Part shown: in pieces, positions 47,549 through 57,648 of the stretch
How positions within the stretch are numbered: position 1 is the stretch's first letter
Layout of the letters: the number at the start of each line of letters is the position of its first letter
Sequence record: PQ036202
Strand: one strand, 5' to 3'
Length of the DNA: 64,000 nt
Source of the DNA: Escherichia phage GEP101
Position numbers and translations under genes: made by a program
Notes under the pieces: generated by a model
The model's database searches: none
Told to the model about the DNA's origin: nothing
Seen by the model: only the letters and a program-made list of their open reading frames with translations

Positions 47549-49272
47549 ATTGTCAATCAACGGGGCTAAAATAGCCCCAGATACCTTTTACAGCCCCTTT
47601 CCATATTGATTCGATAGAATCTATCTCATAGGGGCTTTTTTACGTCCTATCAAATCCCTTTCCCTTTCCCTTTCCAGAATCTATCCCACTAATTCGATAG
47701 AATCTATCTCATACCTTAAAAAGCAATAACTCTATAGCTTACTCTATAGCCTTTTATTAAATCAACTTAAATAAAAGCCAATACCCCCAGAAAGGGGATG
47801 GCCCATTTAAACGCTCTATAAAGCCCTATAACGGCCTTATTAACATAACTTAAGGGATTGCATTAACTCACCATTAAAAGCCCTTTATAAAGCTTTCTAG
47901 GGGCTTAAAAGAGCCTTAAAAGAATCTTATAAGGGTGTAAGCTTTATCATCTCGTTAGTTATCTTATTGGCATTGTTACAATTCCTAGTGAACTACTAAA
48001 AAGGGCTTGCTAGTGTCTTAAAAGTATGTTATAGGGGCTATAAAGTTGCTTAAAAGTAGCTTAAAAGTTACTTCAAAGTTACTTCAAAGTTACGTAAATG
48101 CTAGCCCCCTTAACAATTTCTTAACAAATCCTACAAAGTTATGCTTATTAGAGACTTGTTAGCAACTTGTTAGCCCCTTGTTAAATCTCTGTTAAAACCA
48201 TGTAAAGCCTTGTAAGAACCTTTGACATAGCCTTTAAAGCTCCTGAAAAGCCCTATAAAGAGCTTTCTACATAGTTGGGGTGCAATTACTAGGGAGAGAC
48301 TAAAAAGGGCTTATAAAGAGCTATAGAGAGCTTTTAAGAGGGCTATTTAAAGAATCACTAAGAGGGAAAGGGAACGATAAGAAAGAGATAGTGACCATGT
48401 TAATGGCTTGTTAAAAAGTTTAAACACTTGTTAGAAACTTGTTAATTATCTTAACAAAATAACTCTTAAAAATTAACTTCTTAACTCTTGTTAGTCATCT
48501 GTTAAGACTCTGTAAAGACCATGTAGCAACTGTTAAGGAACTGTTACATCCTTGTTAGTTCTGTTGAGAATCTGTTAAGACCTTTGAAGAGTTGTTAAGA
48601 AGATGTGAGAACTGTTAAGAGATTGTTAATGATATTTTAAAATTTTGCAAAGGGGGTGTTACAGGGATGTTAAGGGCTACCAAGCAGATATACATCTTTT
48701 ACAGATATTTTTGAGTTCCTTCAAAGACCCTAAAAAATGACTTGATAGTCCTATTTTATAAAAATTTTAAAATTCTGAATAATTACCTATACAGTCTTCT
48801 AAAAATACAGGCATAAACAGGCTTATAAGATACCTTGTTAATACCGTGTTAGACCTTGTGAGATAAGGTCTGCAAAGATATTCCTGTTAAGTTTGTTAAA
48901 ACAGTCTATATAGAGGCTTAGTAATACCTAGTGAACACCTATAGAGGGTAACATAGCTGACATAGAGATTAAGAGGTGTATAGGGGCTTCTAAGAGGTTA
49001 TAGAGAGATGGTTAAGGTGATTGTATAGGTTGTTAAGAAGGCTTGTTAGAAGAGTGTTTAGAAGGGCTATACAGAGGGGCTATTAAGACCACTAGATAGA
49101 TACTAAGATACTATATAGTACTATATAACTATATATAGAGAGTAAGCTTAAGAAGGTTGTTAAGAAGGGTAGATATTTTTATTCACATATGATGGTGACC
49201 CAGAGGTTGGGACAACCGATGAAATTTTATAAAAATTAAAAAGCCCCCAATTAAGGAGGCTCTTAAGATATT
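47549..49272. repeat. 1.7-kb ORF-free region with arrays of ~11-bp phased short motifs
   Basis: No ORF of 60 aa or more on any frame; TGTTAAG/TGTTAGC-type runs at ~11-bp spacing (48150-48200, 48400-48650), TATAAAGAG/TAAGAGG runs (48240-48360, 48910-49140), 11-bp x5 repeat at 48030-48100, 21-bp direct repeat at ~47608/47693, (CCCTTT)3. Confidence 0.7.
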
Positions 49273-49866
49273 TTAAATCAGTGTTTCCAGAACTGTCTTC
49301 AGTGATGACTTGGTTGTCTGATAAAAATGAGTAAATCCATTGTTGTTATCGAATACCTGCATCATGATGTCATCTCCCTTGATTGGGTACACTCGGATAT
49401 CATAGTGGAACCCATTAAAGACAGCAGAACCATTACAGAATAAACTAAAGTCATCCACTGAGATATACTCTTCATGTCCTGTGATTTTTATACAGATGCC
49501 TTTACTCGGTCTCTTAGGGTTAATATCTTCCATCACAGACATATTCTGTCCACCAAGAGATACCATAGTGACTACTTTACGGTTCTTCTGTTTAAAGTAC
49601 ATCTTAACTTTCTGTAAAGTGTCTTCATAGAACGGATACGACTTCTCTACAAAGATTCCTTCAAGTGGGTCTTTACCATTTTTAACTTCTCTGTAACCCC
49701 GTACTGCAAAAACAATCTGTTTTAATCTGTCAAGACTTTCTTCAGAGAGTGCTTCTTGAGCATCACTCCAATCAAGGACTAGGTAGTTACCTTCAACTTC
49801 TTTTAAGTTATCTTTTTCCATATCTATCACACCATTATCGTAAAACTTGGTAAGCTGGAACTGCAA
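49273..49866 (-). CDS. hypothetical protein
   Basis: 197-aa ORF, last gene of minus-strand block. Confidence 0.45.
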   Translation of the reverse strand: MQFQLTKFYDNGVIDMEKDNLKEVEGNYLVLDWSDAQEALSEESLDRLKQIVFAVRGYREVKNGKDPLEGIFVEKSYPFYEDTLQKVKMYFKQKNRKVVTMVSLGGQNMSVMEDINPKRPSKGICIKITGHEEYISVDDFSLFCNGSAVFNGFHYDIRVYPIKGDDIMMQVFDNNNGFTHFYQTTKSSLKTVLETLI

Positions 49867-50299
49867 ACTTGTTGCCGTTGTTCTTAATGAGGTCTTCTTC
49901 TGTTACTAAGAATGTAATCCCACATAAGTGTGTGTAGTGGCTATCATACTCAAATATTTTAAATAAGTATTTACCATCATGATAAACAGATTCTACTACA
50001 CCTTTTGCAACAATCTTCCCAGTCTTGAAGTCTTTAAGGTGGTATACATTACCAACTTTGGGGACTGTTTTCATCTCAGGTTCTTTTAGCTTCTCACTAG
50101 CTTCTACATCACCTAGTAAGCTAGAACTTTCAAAAGCTCTGAATCTCATATAAGCTTCTGAACATTCCCAGATAAAACAATGTACAAGAACCTTAGCAGC
50201 ATGTCTTGAGCAATTCAACTCATCACAGATTTCTTTGTACATTTCATCTTTAGTTGAATTGGTAAGCATTGCTTTTCGAACTGTTTCTTTAATTTTCAT
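49835..50299 (-). CDS. hypothetical protein
   Basis: 154 aa. Confidence 0.45.
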   Translation of the reverse strand: MKIKETVRKAMLTNSTKDEMYKEICDELNCSRHAAKVLVHCFIWECSEAYMRFRAFESSSLLGDVEASEKLKEPEMKTVPKVGNVYHLKDFKTGKIVAKGVVESVYHDGKYLFKIFEYDSHYTHLCGITFLVTEEDLIKNNGNKFAVPAYQVLR

Positions 50300-50717
50300 A
50301 AGCTCTCCGAATAATCCTATTAAGCATCTCTAAAGTCAGCTTTCCAGATTCTAAATGTGGCATAACAAGCTTTAAAGCTTTTTCAACATCATGCACAACA
50401 TCTATTATACCCTCTTCATAGGCTTCTACAAGGATATCTTTTACGTTTTGTGGGTTATCTTTTTGTGGTATTGCTAGACGCATATTAAACTCATTTGCTT
50501 GAGGGTGGTCACTACCACGCCAGTAACCATCTTTGTTAAAGCTGATGTAGTCACCGTGGTAAAAGTGTACACCATTAGCTTTAAACTTCTCCAGCACAAG
50601 GCATTGAATTGGGTATTCAGTATTCCACTCCCTGACTCCTATAACCTTCACTGTTGCGATGTACTCCTGTGTTTTTACATCTATGATGTCAAGTTCTTGA
50701 CCAGCTATGATTTGCAT
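50289..50717 (-). CDS. hypothetical protein
   Basis: 142 aa. Confidence 0.45.
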   Translation of the reverse strand: MQIIAGQELDIIDVKTQEYIATVKVIGVREWNTEYPIQCLVLEKFKANGVHFYHGDYISFNKDGYWRGSDHPQANEFNMRLAIPQKDNPQNVKDILVEAYEEGIIDVVHDVEKALKLVMPHLESGKLTLEMLNRIIRRAYEN

Positions 50718-50771
50718 ATTCGCTACCTTCTAAGTTTCTACAAAGGGGCTATCAAGTAACCCCTCAAGTTA

Positions 50772-50996
50772 CTACTCAGGCTTTTCAGTCTTCTTATCGG
50801 ATTTCTTACTAGTCTTCTTCTCAACTTTCTGCTCAGGTTCCTTCTCAGAAGTTTCCTTGATAATCATATCAAGAAGCTCTGACAGGTCACTCTTCAGCAG
50901 AGTAACAGGCTGCTCATTGTAGAAGTTTTTATCAAGATAGACTTTGAACTCTTCAATAGATGGAAATCCAAAAATTGGTACAGGTGTCTTAATCAT
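50772..50996 (-). CDS. hypothetical small protein
   Basis: 74 aa, Lys-rich C-terminus. Confidence 0.35.
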   Translation of the reverse strand: MIKTPVPIFGFPSIEEFKVYLDKNFYNEQPVTLLKSDLSELLDMIIKETSEKEPEQKVEKKTSKKSDKKTEKPE

Positions 50997-51072
50997 TACT
51001 TAGTTTCTCCATAAGCATCTTTCAAGATTGCCTTGTTAATCATTTCAGCGATTGCAAAACGAACACATACAG

Positions 51073-51606
51073 CTATAATTGTAGGTTGCATTCTTTACTT
51101 ACCTCTTCAAGTTTAACCTCAGAGTCCTTAAGTCGTTTCTTATGAACTCTGAATCTCATTAGTGAGATGATGATACCAACTAAAGGAACAGCATACAAGT
51201 ACCAAACATCATATACCTTTGCGGTAACCTGTGTAATGGTCAAATCTTGAGCTATGGAACTGATTGCTGATACTGCCAGCAATGTTGCTAAGAAAAATGC
51301 CAGTACCATTACCGTACTTAAACAACCTCTGGCATGGTGTTCATGCTTAATGCACTTATTCTTTTCGTCAACGACCCTGTTGTAGTCATTTGTAAAGTCT
51401 CTGTAGAAAGCTTTCAAGTATTCTTGAGTGTATCCTTCAAAGCAACCTGTACCGTACCAATAATCACCACCAAAATGAGCTATGATACCAGTATCTCCGT
51501 TTGGTTTTGTTACTCTTAGGGAGACATGATGACCAGTCTTCTGGTAATCTATCTTGTATCTTTCTTCGTAAATCATTTTCCAATCCCTCTCAATCGTTTG
51601 TTCCAC
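51073..51606 (-). CDS. membrane protein (hypothetical)
   Basis: Two hydrophobic helices (VMVLAFFLATLLAVSAISSIA ...). Confidence 0.45.
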   Translation of the reverse strand: MEQTIERDWKMIYEERYKIDYQKTGHHVSLRVTKPNGDTGIIAHFGGDYWYGTGCFEGYTQEYLKAFYRDFTNDYNRVVDEKNKCIKHEHHARGCLSTVMVLAFFLATLLAVSAISSIAQDLTITQVTAKVYDVWYLYAVPLVGIIISLMRFRVHKKRLKDSEVKLEEVSKECNLQL

Positions 51607-51791
51607 TCAAGGTCAACAAGTCTTTGTAGGACTTTACCTCTAGGTGTTATACCTTTTAAATCTGCGTCATAGCAATGGTAAAAATCACCTTCAGCGTGTC
51701 TGCCATAGCATCTTCTTATACTCTGACTTCTACGATATTGTTCTAATAGAGACAGCTTGTAGTAATCTTCAACTGTAGTTAGTTTTTTCAT
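51573..51791 (-). CDS. hypothetical small protein
   Basis: 72 aa. Confidence 0.35.
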   Translation of the reverse strand: MKKLTTVEDYYKLSLLEQYRRSQSIRRCYGRHAEGDFYHCYDADLKGITPRGKVLQRLVDLEWNKRLRGIGK

Positions 51792-52333
51792 TCTTTCACC
51801 ATAGCATTTCTGAACTGACGTTGAGTTTCTCTTGTAATTTCGTCTGGAGTAAACCCTGCTTTCAGCATATCTCTGAAAAGAACTTCTAAGTGATTCTTTT
51901 CAATAATGTAAATTGCATTCTGCACAGATGTTTTAAGTTCCTTCAGGTCACTGCTAATTTCTTCGCACTTGTTGACAATCTCTGTATCAACTTTCTTAAA
52001 GACTGGCATGGTATATCTACTACCACCATTAGCAGCATCCATGAAAAATTTAAAAGATTCCTCAGAGTCCTTTAAAGCAATCCCAATAAAGTTCTTGTAA
52101 GCACCTGTGAAAGCTAAAGACTCAATCTCAGCAGTTGAGTATACAGTTCCTGCACACAGTCTTGCGGAGGTACTAAATGTGTGGTTTGGTGTTATGTCAA
52201 AGTCTAAGTTCTTCAGTGGTCGAAAATAAACTGTGCCAGTATGCGAGACATGTGTTACAACAGCCTCCACACTCTTTGAAGGGTTCTGTTTAACATACAG
52301 AATAATTTTATCGTGTTCTTTCACTTTAGGCAT
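51788..52333 (-). CDS. hypothetical protein
   Basis: 181 aa. Confidence 0.45.
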   Translation of the reverse strand: MPKVKEHDKIILYVKQNPSKSVEAVVTHVSHTGTVYFRPLKNLDFDITPNHTFSTSARLCAGTVYSTAEIESLAFTGAYKNFIGIALKDSEESFKFFMDAANGGSRYTMPVFKKVDTEIVNKCEEISSDLKELKTSVQNAIYIIEKNHLEVLFRDMLKAGFTPDEITRETQRQFRNAMVKE

Positions 52334-52405
52334 ATCTATTCTCCAGAAACTAAAAAGGGAACTACCTCTCGATAGCTCCCATCATAGTTAATATTGTATA
52401 CTTGG

Positions 52406-52987
52406 TCAAGAGTATTTTTTAGGCAGTAATGCGCTACGCTTGTTACTCTCTTCACTCAATAGGGCGATAAATTCATCACCTTTCCCTTTCCACGGACTGA
52501 ATGTAGGGATGTGCTCTCTGATAGCCTCAATCACTGTTTTCAGGGCATTGTTCTTTAACCACCAATCAGACACTGCCGAAGCTACAATGTAGTAAGCTCC
52601 ATCATCTGTGAAGATTGGCTCAGAGATACATGGTGAAATCATAGTTGTAATGATAGAACCATTATTCATGTAGTATGTTCTTTTTTCAACCTTGTCAAGA
52701 AGTTTATGAAGGTCTGCAAAGAGACTTACCACCTCTTTATGGTCAATATCTTTTTCAAGATTTGCCCTGTATTTCAATAGTGCAGCATCAACCTCTTTAT
52801 CATTGAATTTGAAGTATTGGACTTCTTCATTCACACATACACTGATATTGTTGGTGTTTATCGTCAATTTGCACAGTTTGACTGGAGAGTTGATGTTGGT
52901 CTGGAAAAGTGCTACACAGCCTTCTACATTCCCGAAATGTTTGACTAGTGTAACTTCTGGTTGAATGTGCTCATGCTCTTCTGACAT
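52406..52987 (-). CDS. hypothetical protein
   Basis: 193 aa. Confidence 0.45.
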   Translation of the reverse strand: MSEEHEHIQPEVTLVKHFGNVEGCVALFQTNINSPVKLCKLTINTNNISVCVNEEVQYFKFNDKEVDAALLKYRANLEKDIDHKEVVSLFADLHKLLDKVEKRTYYMNNGSIITTMISPCISEPIFTDDGAYYIVASAVSDWWLKNNALKTVIEAIREHIPTFSPWKGKGDEFIALLSEESNKRSALLPKKYS

Positions 52988-53331
52988 TACAGTTTCCTCA
53001 TTAAATACTTTTTAAGTTGTGTGTTAGGTTTCTCAAAAACTTCTATAGAAGATATCTTGACAGATTCACCACGCATACCTGTGTGTTTGAATATGTAGTA
53101 CTCCAACATACCTATGTATTTTGCTGGTAAGTCATATTTGACGTACACCGTTATAGAATCTTCAAATTCAACAACCTTTGTACCATCTTTGTAGTTAAAC
53201 TCTTTAGGATGGTTGTAATTGTCGATGTCGTACATTAAAAAGAGTCTTTTACGCTGCATATCTAGCTTATTTGTCAAAGACTCTTTGATATCTGAGAAGT
53301 TTTTATAGACTATGACATGGAGCTTACTCAT
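52987..53331 (-). CDS. hypothetical protein
   Basis: 114 aa. Confidence 0.45.
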   Translation of the reverse strand: MSKLHVIVYKNFSDIKESLTNKLDMQRKRLFLMYDIDNYNHPKEFNYKDGTKVVEFEDSITVYVKYDLPAKYIGMLEYYIFKHTGMRGESVKISSIEVFEKPNTQLKKYLMRKL

Positions 53332-53617
53332 CGTTAAACTCTCTGACGAAGAAATAGTTGACTTTGTTATTACCTACCATAAGGTCAAAGCAGGTGTTCT
53401 CAAAAGGTTTGTTGTAAGCATCATATGAAGTGTACGTATCAGCTACTTGTTTAGTGTTGAGCTTTTTACTTGATGGGTTTAAGAGGCCACCATACAGTTT
53501 CTTGATAGCCTCTTCTACAACAGACCAGATGATTTCGTCAGTAATTTCTTCGTACAGGTCAAGTTCACGCTCTAGTGAGAAGTCACAAATAGGGAAAATA
53601 ACCTGTACTTTACTCAT
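53324..53617 (-). CDS. hypothetical protein
   Basis: 97 aa. Confidence 0.4.
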   Translation of the reverse strand: MSKVQVIFPICDFSLERELDLYEEITDEIIWSVVEEAIKKLYGGLLNPSSKKLNTKQVADTYTSYDAYNKPFENTCFDLMVGNNKVNYFFVREFNDE

Positions 53618-54033
53618 TAACGAATAACCTGTGTGACTTGAATTGCTTCAGTTACGGACAAATCACCTACTTTCTCTTCTTTGATAAAAGTGAAGGTGAG
53701 TTCAACAGGTTCTTCCTCTTCTTCTTCTTCTTCTTCTTCTTGCTCAACTGGAACACCATTAAGCTCATCAAAGATTGATTGGGTTGTCCAGTCTTCACCA
53801 CCATCTGGGTAGTGGATTGCGTAGAGAGGAAACTCCCTGTCAAACCAACCAAATACAGGGCAGCCATCTTCATCATCTCGCACTCGATGAAGGGTGCTTC
53901 CAGACCCTGTAAAACGAAGGAATAAATCTCCATTGCACTTGAATATTACTGCGTCGGCAAAACCAATGTCTTCTCGACCATCATGACCAAATGTGTCCAC
54001 CTTTACTTGGATATCTCTAACATCTTTATTCAT
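53617..54033 (-). CDS. hypothetical protein with poly-Glu tract
   Basis: EQEEEEEEEEEE encoded by (CTT)n run at 53712-53741. Confidence 0.45.
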   Translation of the reverse strand: MNKDVRDIQVKVDTFGHDGREDIGFADAVIFKCNGDLFLRFTGSGSTLHRVRDDEDGCPVFGWFDREFPLYAIHYPDGGEDWTTQSIFDELNGVPVEQEEEEEEEEEEPVELTFTFIKEEKVGDLSVTEAIQVTQVIR

Positions 54034-54424
54034 AAAAACCTCTCTCTGCTTGTTCGATTTTCGCTTTTAGAACTTCACACCGTTCAATGTGATATCTGGC
54101 TTCATGTTCATGTGTCGCCAAAGTTCTTTCAAGAATGGTTTTATAGTAACCTGCAAGTTGCTCTCTTGTCAATGGGTTCTCTGAAATAATATCGAGACCA
54201 CTTTCACCTAGAGTATTAAACTGTCCATGCTCATTTACATGGTAAGTTTCAAACTTGAATAAACCATTATTAGCAGACTCAATAGGTGATAGCTCAACCA
54301 ACTCAACAGTAAATCTTGTATGCACCCTATCTCCAACTGTAACAACGTTACTTCCAATGATGCGTACAAGCGAGCCATTACGAGTGTATTTGAAAGTCCC
54401 AAAGTCACTAGCCCAAAGCTTCAT
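54026..54424 (-). CDS. hypothetical protein
   Basis: 132 aa. Confidence 0.45.
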   Translation of the reverse strand: MKLWASDFGTFKYTRNGSLVRIIGSNVVTVGDRVHTRFTVELVELSPIESANNGLFKFETYHVNEHGQFNTLGESGLDIISENPLTREQLAGYYKTILERTLATHEHEARYHIERCEVLKAKIEQAERGFYE

Positions 54425-54440
54425 AGTTTTCTCCTTAGAA

Positions 54441-54466
54441 AATAAAAAGGCTCCCGAAGGAGCCTA
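54441..54466 (-). terminator. rho-independent terminator (UUCG-loop type, minus strand)
   Basis: On minus strand AGGCTCC-TTCG-GGAGCCT then TTTTTATTTT, downstream of lysozyme gene. Confidence 0.6.
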
Positions 54467-54474
54467 TGAAGATA

Positions 54475-54939
54475 TTACTTTGGGTATACACTGTCAAGAT
54501 AAATGTCAGCTTCCATTTTACGTCTGTTTTTCAGACCGTTTGAAGTGACCTTCTTACCTTTGACTGTAACCTTGTTCCACCACTGCATAGCTTCTGCACA
54601 GCCTACCTTATTACCAGCATTGTGGCGCTTGATAAATGTAGAATCCTGCATAGCTGTGATACCGATGTTGTATGTTTCACTTACAAGTGCATCGAACTCA
54701 TTCTGAGAAGTTGGAACCTTGATAGCTTTGTTCACTGCTGCAACAAACTTCTCAACATCTGCGAGAAGATAATGTTCAGCCTGTTCAGCCGTGATTTTCA
54801 TACCCATCTTAACAGGTTTTCCGTCAATACGGATTGTACCATACCCAATTGTTGGGATTCCGGCAGAGTCTTCGTAAGCCTCTAACTTCAGACCTTCAAA
54901 GAACTTAATAGCTTCTAAACCTTTTCTTGAGAGTTGCAT
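54475..54939 (-). CDS. lysozyme (T4/lambda-type endolysin)
   Basis: N-terminal catalytic pattern FEGLKLEAYEDSAGIPTIGYGT (E...D...T triad spacing). Confidence 0.8.
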   Translation of the reverse strand: MQLSRKGLEAIKFFEGLKLEAYEDSAGIPTIGYGTIRIDGKPVKMGMKITAEQAEHYLLADVEKFVAAVNKAIKVPTSQNEFDALVSETYNIGITAMQDSTFIKRHNAGNKVGCAEAMQWWNKVTVKGKKVTSNGLKNRRKMEADIYLDSVYPK

Positions 54940-55571
54940 TATACCTCCCCTGTTGGATTAACTGTAACTGTTGCTGCATTAGACGTTACAGAGCCACCTG
55001 CACCAGTAACTACACAGGTGTAGCTTCCTGCGTCAGTAGTAGTTGCACTTTCTTTGGTGTAAGTTGCAGCAGTTGCGTCTGGGATGTTTTCCTCACCCTT
55101 CTTCCACTGATAGCCTGTTGCATCAGTAGCAACAACACTTAGTGTCAAGGTGTCACCTTCAGTGATTTCTTGATTGGTTGGCTGCTGAGTGATTGCTGGT
55201 GGTTTGACAGCAGCCTTCAGCTTAGCATTCAACATTGAGAATGGTTTAACTCTTGCCAGCCATTCACAGTAAATTGTGTCAACATCTTTACCGTTGATGA
55301 TTGCATACTGTAAATCCATGAAGAAATCAGCAGTCCTCATCTGTGCACCAACACTGTAAAGGAGTTCATCACTAAAAGGGACTTTGTAGTCTGGTTTGTA
55401 GTCAAGCTTCTTAACTTCTGCGATATCAGCTTCAGGCCAATATGAGCTATAGGTGAGTGGTAAAATAGCTTCTTGATATGTTCTAAAATCATATCTCTTA
55501 CCAGCCTTTACATTTGCGATGAAGCCCTTCACAAATTCTTTGAAGTCTGGGTAAGTCTTTGCTTTAATCAT
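54939..55571 (-). CDS. protein with C-terminal Ig-like domain; N-terminus paralogous to upstream gene
   Basis: C-terminal ITEGDTLTLSV...YQW...DAGSYTCVVT...TVTV; N-terminal ~120 aa alignable with 55568-55939 product. Confidence 0.5.
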   Translation of the reverse strand: MIKAKTYPDFKEFVKGFIANVKAGKRYDFRTYQEAILPLTYSSYWPEADIAEVKKLDYKPDYKVPFSDELLYSVGAQMRTADFFMDLQYAIINGKDVDTIYCEWLARVKPFSMLNAKLKAAVKPPAITQQPTNQEITEGDTLTLSVVATDATGYQWKKGEENIPDATAATYTKESATTTDAGSYTCVVTGAGGSVTSNAATVTVNPTGEV

Positions 55572-55939
55572 TTCTTTTTAGCCTCTAAACGTGCGTTTAA
55601 TCTAAAATAGTCTTTATGCTGTGGAGACACATCACTAACAACAACACCTTCAACTTTATAGCCCTTACCAATTACATACTGGATATCCATAAGAAACGTA
55701 CCAAGCCCAACAATGTGGAACATTGGGTATAGCAACTTATCTGAATCTGGGAGTTTAATTTCTGGGTTATAGGTGGGTTGTTCGGCAGTTGGTGTAATGT
55801 CCTCTTCAGGCCATTTACTCATTCTCCATGTTAAAGGTGATGCAATAACATCGTTGAGATTATATCTTTCACCGTTCTCCACGGAATTGATATAGGATTG
55901 TAGGAAGCAATAAAAGTCTTTTGCACTCTTAGCCTTCAT
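55568..55939 (-). CDS. hypothetical protein (paralog of N-terminal domain of 54939-55571)
   Basis: Shared motifs KDFxxFxxxxIxxVxxGxRY, SxxWPExDI, LLY...FxMDxQYxI. Confidence 0.45.
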   Translation of the reverse strand: MKAKSAKDFYCFLQSYINSVENGERYNLNDVIASPLTWRMSKWPEEDITPTAEQPTYNPEIKLPDSDKLLYPMFHIVGLGTFLMDIQYVIGKGYKVEGVVVSDVSPQHKDYFRLNARLEAKKK

Positions 55940-55986
55940 TAAATATCCTTATAAATAGATAAAGGGGCATTAGCCCCTGTTTATAC

Positions 55987-56577
55987 TTAAGCTTTGGTCT
56001 TAAGTAGGTTCTTAAGTTTTTTGAGATTCATGCTCTCGTCAAACTTAAAACCAAATCCATTGACATAATCAATGAACTCAGATTTCTTACTAAGTGATAG
56101 CGCGTAACTCATATCAAAGTTATTACTTGTTTCTGCGTCTGGACTAGAGTTCACATCAAATGAAATTTCTGTAGGCTCTTGCTTGCTACTTCTCATATTA
56201 TCAATTAATAGGCATGTATAGTTCGCTGGATAGAAGTTTGCACTGCCATCAACATACCCATACTTATTGTTGTGAATAAGGTTTGAAAATACCTTAAGAA
56301 ATGTTTCTGAGTCGTGGCATACAAGTTTGAATTGACTGCACTCTCCAAGAGCAACTAAAGAGTAAGGGCTTTCACTATCAATGTCGTAGTTTGGATTTGA
56401 TGTTGTAACCGTCACACGCATCAAGTTATTAGCGATGGTCTTCTGTTTAAAAGAATTTGGGACATAGTGAAGACCTCTATCACACTGGTTAACTAACTCT
56501 TTAAGTAGGTCGTTTGCATATGGTGAATTAATTGATACAGAGCCATCACTATTATAATTAAAACTTACTGTTAACAT
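55987..56577 (-). CDS. hypothetical protein
   Basis: 196 aa. Confidence 0.45.
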   Translation of the reverse strand: MLTVSFNYNSDGSVSINSPYANDLLKELVNQCDRGLHYVPNSFKQKTIANNLMRVTVTTSNPNYDIDSESPYSLVALGECSQFKLVCHDSETFLKVFSNLIHNNKYGYVDGSANFYPANYTCLLIDNMRSSKQEPTEISFDVNSSPDAETSNNFDMSYALSLSKKSEFIDYVNGFGFKFDESMNLKKLKNLLKTKA

Positions 56578-56804
56578 TTTTCAGTTCTCCTGCGATTTAT
56601 GATTTTGCTGCAATAGAGAAACGAAGTAAACTCACTGGAAGAAACCATTAAGTGTTGTTCACTAGACTGAGCCATTGCCCTGAAATACATTCCAGTCAAA
56701 GCATCGTAGTGACTATTCTTTCCAATTGAGGTTATATAGCCATGACTCTTTGCAGTTTTATATAAATCTATAATATCTGCGATTTCTAATTGGGAACTAC
56801 ACAT
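56571..56804 (-). CDS. hypothetical small protein
   Basis: 77 aa. Confidence 0.35.
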   Translation of the reverse strand: MCSSQLEIADIIDLYKTAKSHGYITSIGKNSHYDALTGMYFRAMAQSSEQHLMVSSSEFTSFLYCSKIINRRRTEKC

Positions 56805-57045
56805 AGATAATCCTCTTGTCTTCTGTAATTTTGAAAGAACAGGTACAGACCAATTTCAGAGGATGAATAGTAGAGCAACTCTACCCTTTTTGATTCCTTA
56901 CAGTGATTGGTATTTTTACCTTTCTTCGGGTTGTTTGATTTTCTCATTAAGTCTCCTTTGTAGAACAAGGCAGACCTACAGCTTTAAATAAGATGGTACA
57001 GTAATCCATACAACAAGTCAAGAACTATTGCAAGTTAAAAAAGTT

Positions 57046-57072
57046 GTTGACAAAGGGCTTGACAAGGTGTAG
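57046..57072 (+). promoter_or_regulatory. tandem TTGACA element (GTTGACAA-N6-CTTGACAAGGTG)
   Basis: Divergent intergenic region; same architecture as 9986. Confidence 0.4.
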
Positions 57073-57196
57073 GCTTATAAATACTTAGAAGATAACTTAA
57101 AAGGTTCCTCTAAAAAGGCTATTTAAACAGATATCTTTCTGGATATCTATCTTTTATCTTAAAAGCCTTTTAAGAGGTCTTATAAGAGGCATACCA

Positions 57197-57568
57197 ATGA
57201 AAAACAGAACAAACAAAGGCCAGTTTAAAAAAGGCCAGTCTGGAAACCCATCTGGAAGACCAAAAGGCTCTCGTAACAAAAGTTCACTTGTAAAAGCTCA
57301 ACTGACCATTGATAATTCTGCTGAGTTTGCTGCAAAGTTGTTTGAAGCGATTGTTACAAGGGACGCTGCTAAGCTTGCAGAGTTCGGGTTAAACACAGAT
57401 GACGTAACCATCAAGAGCATGATTGAGGTCGGTAAAACTATCTTTACTCACTCAGCAGGTGAGATGAAAGCACTTGCAGCAGACACTAAGAAGACTTCTG
57501 ATAATGGTGGTCAGCCACAGACAGATAACAAACCAACGTTCTCTGCTGTAGCGACTCTCAAAAAATAA
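57197..57568 (+). CDS. hypothetical protein
   Basis: 123 aa; N-terminal Gly/Lys-rich GQSGNPSGRPKG. Confidence 0.45.
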   Translation: MKNRTNKGQFKKGQSGNPSGRPKGSRNKSSLVKAQLTIDNSAEFAAKLFEAIVTRDAAKLAEFGLNTDDVTIKSMIEVGKTIFTHSAGEMKALAADTKKTSDNGGQPQTDNKPTFSAVATLKK

Positions 57569-57648
57569 TTTTAAAAGGTGTTGACAGACTCTACAAAGTT
57601 GCTCTAAAGTCTGTCACATCAAACAACAAATGAGAGAGGAGAGTAAAT

